DNA from: Paraspadella gotoi
Taxonomy: Eukaryota; Animalia; Chaetognatha
NCBI GenBank assembly: GCA_051294375.1
Contig: CM119265.1
Location: 26,351,472 to 26,415,471, forward strand
Length of the DNA stretch: 64,000 nucleotides
Reading direction: 5' to 3'
A model generated the notes under the pieces. The model worked only from the letters and a program-made list of their open reading frames with translations, had not been told where the DNA came from and did not search any database. The position numbers and the translations under genes are program-made. Positions 62,030 through 64,000 of this stretch are shown in pieces (within the stretch, counting starts at the first letter, position 1; each line of letters begins with the position of its first letter).

Positions 62030-62245
62030 ATCAAGATGGGCCTATGGATGGGGCATGTGATGGGCTTATGAACCTTGAGATGTGCCTTGAGGATGGCTAT
62101 TTAGATGGCCTTATGGATGGACCTTGAGATGTGCCTATAGGATGGCTATTTAGATGGCCTATGGATGGACTCCTTGCAGTATGTGCACTATAGATGGCTA
62201 TTTAGATGGCCTTATGGATGGACTTTGAGATGGGCCTCTGAATGG
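62030..62245. repeat. Tandem repeat with ~12-bp subunits and a ~50-bp higher-order unit
   Basis: Repeated GATGGCTATTTAGATGGCCTTATGGATGGACCTTGAGATGTGCCT. Confidence 0.75.
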
Positions 62246-63047
62246 GAACTGACATAACTATTGATCTGAGGAAAAAAAAGGGAGGGGTGGAAATGAAAAA
62301 ATGGCTTCAACGAAAATTATACTCTTTTTTTGTATATTTATTCTTATTTACTTATTTCCCCTCAATTATACAACGTATAAGATGAACGATTCTCTCCCCA
62401 GAGATTTCCCCAATCCACACAACGCTTACGACTTCTTCCTCCTCCTCCTCCTCCTCCTCCTCCTCCATTAAATTCTTCTTTTTTTTTCTTTCTTATTTTT
62501 GAATCCTTTGTTTTCCGGACGCTCGTTGCCGTCGAACGCGGGACGAAAAGAGCAGCTGAGGGACGAGAGTCCCTTCAAGTTACCGGATGTAATTGGGAGG
62601 AAGGGAGAAGAAGGAAGGGATGGATGGGAGGAAAGGAAATAAGAAAGGATCAAAAGGGAAAAAGGAATGATAGGAGGGAGAAATTAAGGAGGGATGGATA
62701 AGGAAGGAATAAAGAAGAGCGAAAGAAAAGCAAAGAAGTTAGAAAGGTGGAAGAAGGGAAAAGAGGTAAAATTAGAGAAGAAAACAATAGAATAAGAAAA
62801 GGTGGAGAGAGAATTTAAGAGGCCTTTGGAGAATCAAGTAAAACAATTTAAATCGTTTTGAAGACTTAACTTAATACTTCTTTTTTCTACTGTGCTTTTA
62901 GAGTAATGGTTAATTTTTGATTCAAGATAAAAATGACGTCAAAGAAAATAAGATAAATTTTAATTAAATTCGTTATAATGGTTATCGTTGTAGTTAATTA
63001 TTACTGAATTATTTTGAATTTATTTCTTAATTTGGTAAGGAAACTTT

Positions 63048-63141
<94 letters not shown>

Positions 63142-63166
63142 CTCTCTATCTGTTTTTCTATCTGAC

Positions 63167-63249
63167 TTCCGTCTACGTTTCCACGCTTGTAAATAGTCTG
63201 GAATCTTATATTTCTCCCAGGCGACGAGGGAAACCAGCGAGCCAACTTT
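63167..63249 (-). CDS. Candidate internal exon of an unidentified minus-strand gene
   Basis: TTTCTCTCTAG| acceptor; open frame KVGSLVSLVAWEKYKIPDYLQAWKRRR; possible donor |GTCAGA; GC island between simple repeats. Confidence 0.35.
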
Positions 63250-64000
63250 CTAGAGAGAAAACTCGTCCAAACTTGGGATTCGATTTTTTTGTTGGCAAAT
63301 TCTCATTTTTTCGTGTTAAAATTTTATCAAATTTGATTAAATTTCTGTTTTTATAAACAAGCAAACATGGACTGTNNNNNNNNNNNNNNNNNNNNNNNNN
63401 NNNNNNNNNNNNNNNNNNNNNNNNNNNNNNNNNNNNNNNNNNNNNNNNNNNNNNNNNNNNNNNNNNNNNNNNNNNNNNNNNNNNNNNNNNNNNNNNNNNN
63501 NNNNNNNNNNNNNNNNNNNNNNNNNNNNNNNNNNNNNNNNNNNNNNNNNNNNNNNNNNNNNNNNNNNNNNNNNNNNNNNNNNNNNNNNNNNNNNNNNNNN
63601 NNNNNNNNNNNNNNNNNNNNNNNNNNNNNNNNNNNNNNNNNNNNNNNNNNNNNNNNNNNNNNNNNNNNNNNNNNNNNNNNNNNNNNNNNNNNNNNNNNNN
63701 NNNNNNNNNNNNNNNNNNNNNNNNNNNNNNNNNNNNNNNNNNNNNNNNNNNNNNNNNNNNNNNNNNNNNNNNNNNNNNNNNNNNNNNNNNNNNNNNNNNN
63801 NNNNNNNNNNNNNNNNNNNNNNNNNNNNNNNNNNNNNNNNNNNNNNNNNNNNNNNNNNNNNNNNNNNNNNNNNNNNNNNNNNNNNNNNNNNNNNNNNNNN
63901 NNNNNNNNNNNNNNNNNNNNNNNNNNNNNNNNNNNNNNNNNNNNNNNNNNNNNNNNNNGTATTTTTTATCTGAACTTGATCTGGAATGAAACTTATGATT

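Overview
AT-rich animal (metazoan) genomic DNA from a draft assembly. It contains (i) the last seven coding exons of a CLC-6-type chloride/proton exchanger (CLCN6, + strand, ~1.6-6.8 kb). It also has (ii) a tandem cluster of unusual intronless XK-related (Xkr scramblase-like) membrane-protein genes. Two are intact and about twice the usual size (789 aa at 9109-11478; 846 aa at 31565-34105), and their extra C-terminal half carries rhodopsin-GPCR-like motifs. The cluster also includes a pseudogene paralog and an orphan terminal exon. There is (iii) a three-level TE nest at the 3' end of the second XK gene: a BEL/Pao LTR retrotransposon with a 5-bp TSD inside a hAT-like non-autonomous element with an 8-bp TSD, which itself carries two tRNA-derived SINE-like sequences. 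Both the LTR-filled and LTR-empty alleles are present and give the protein different C-termini. Finally, (iv) much of the window (1-1.5 kb, 14-29 kb, 47.6-59 kb) consists of inverted or tandem, indel-riddled copies of neighbouring sequence bounded by exact 25-N gaps, most likely chimeric or unpolished long-read gap-filling rather than biology.
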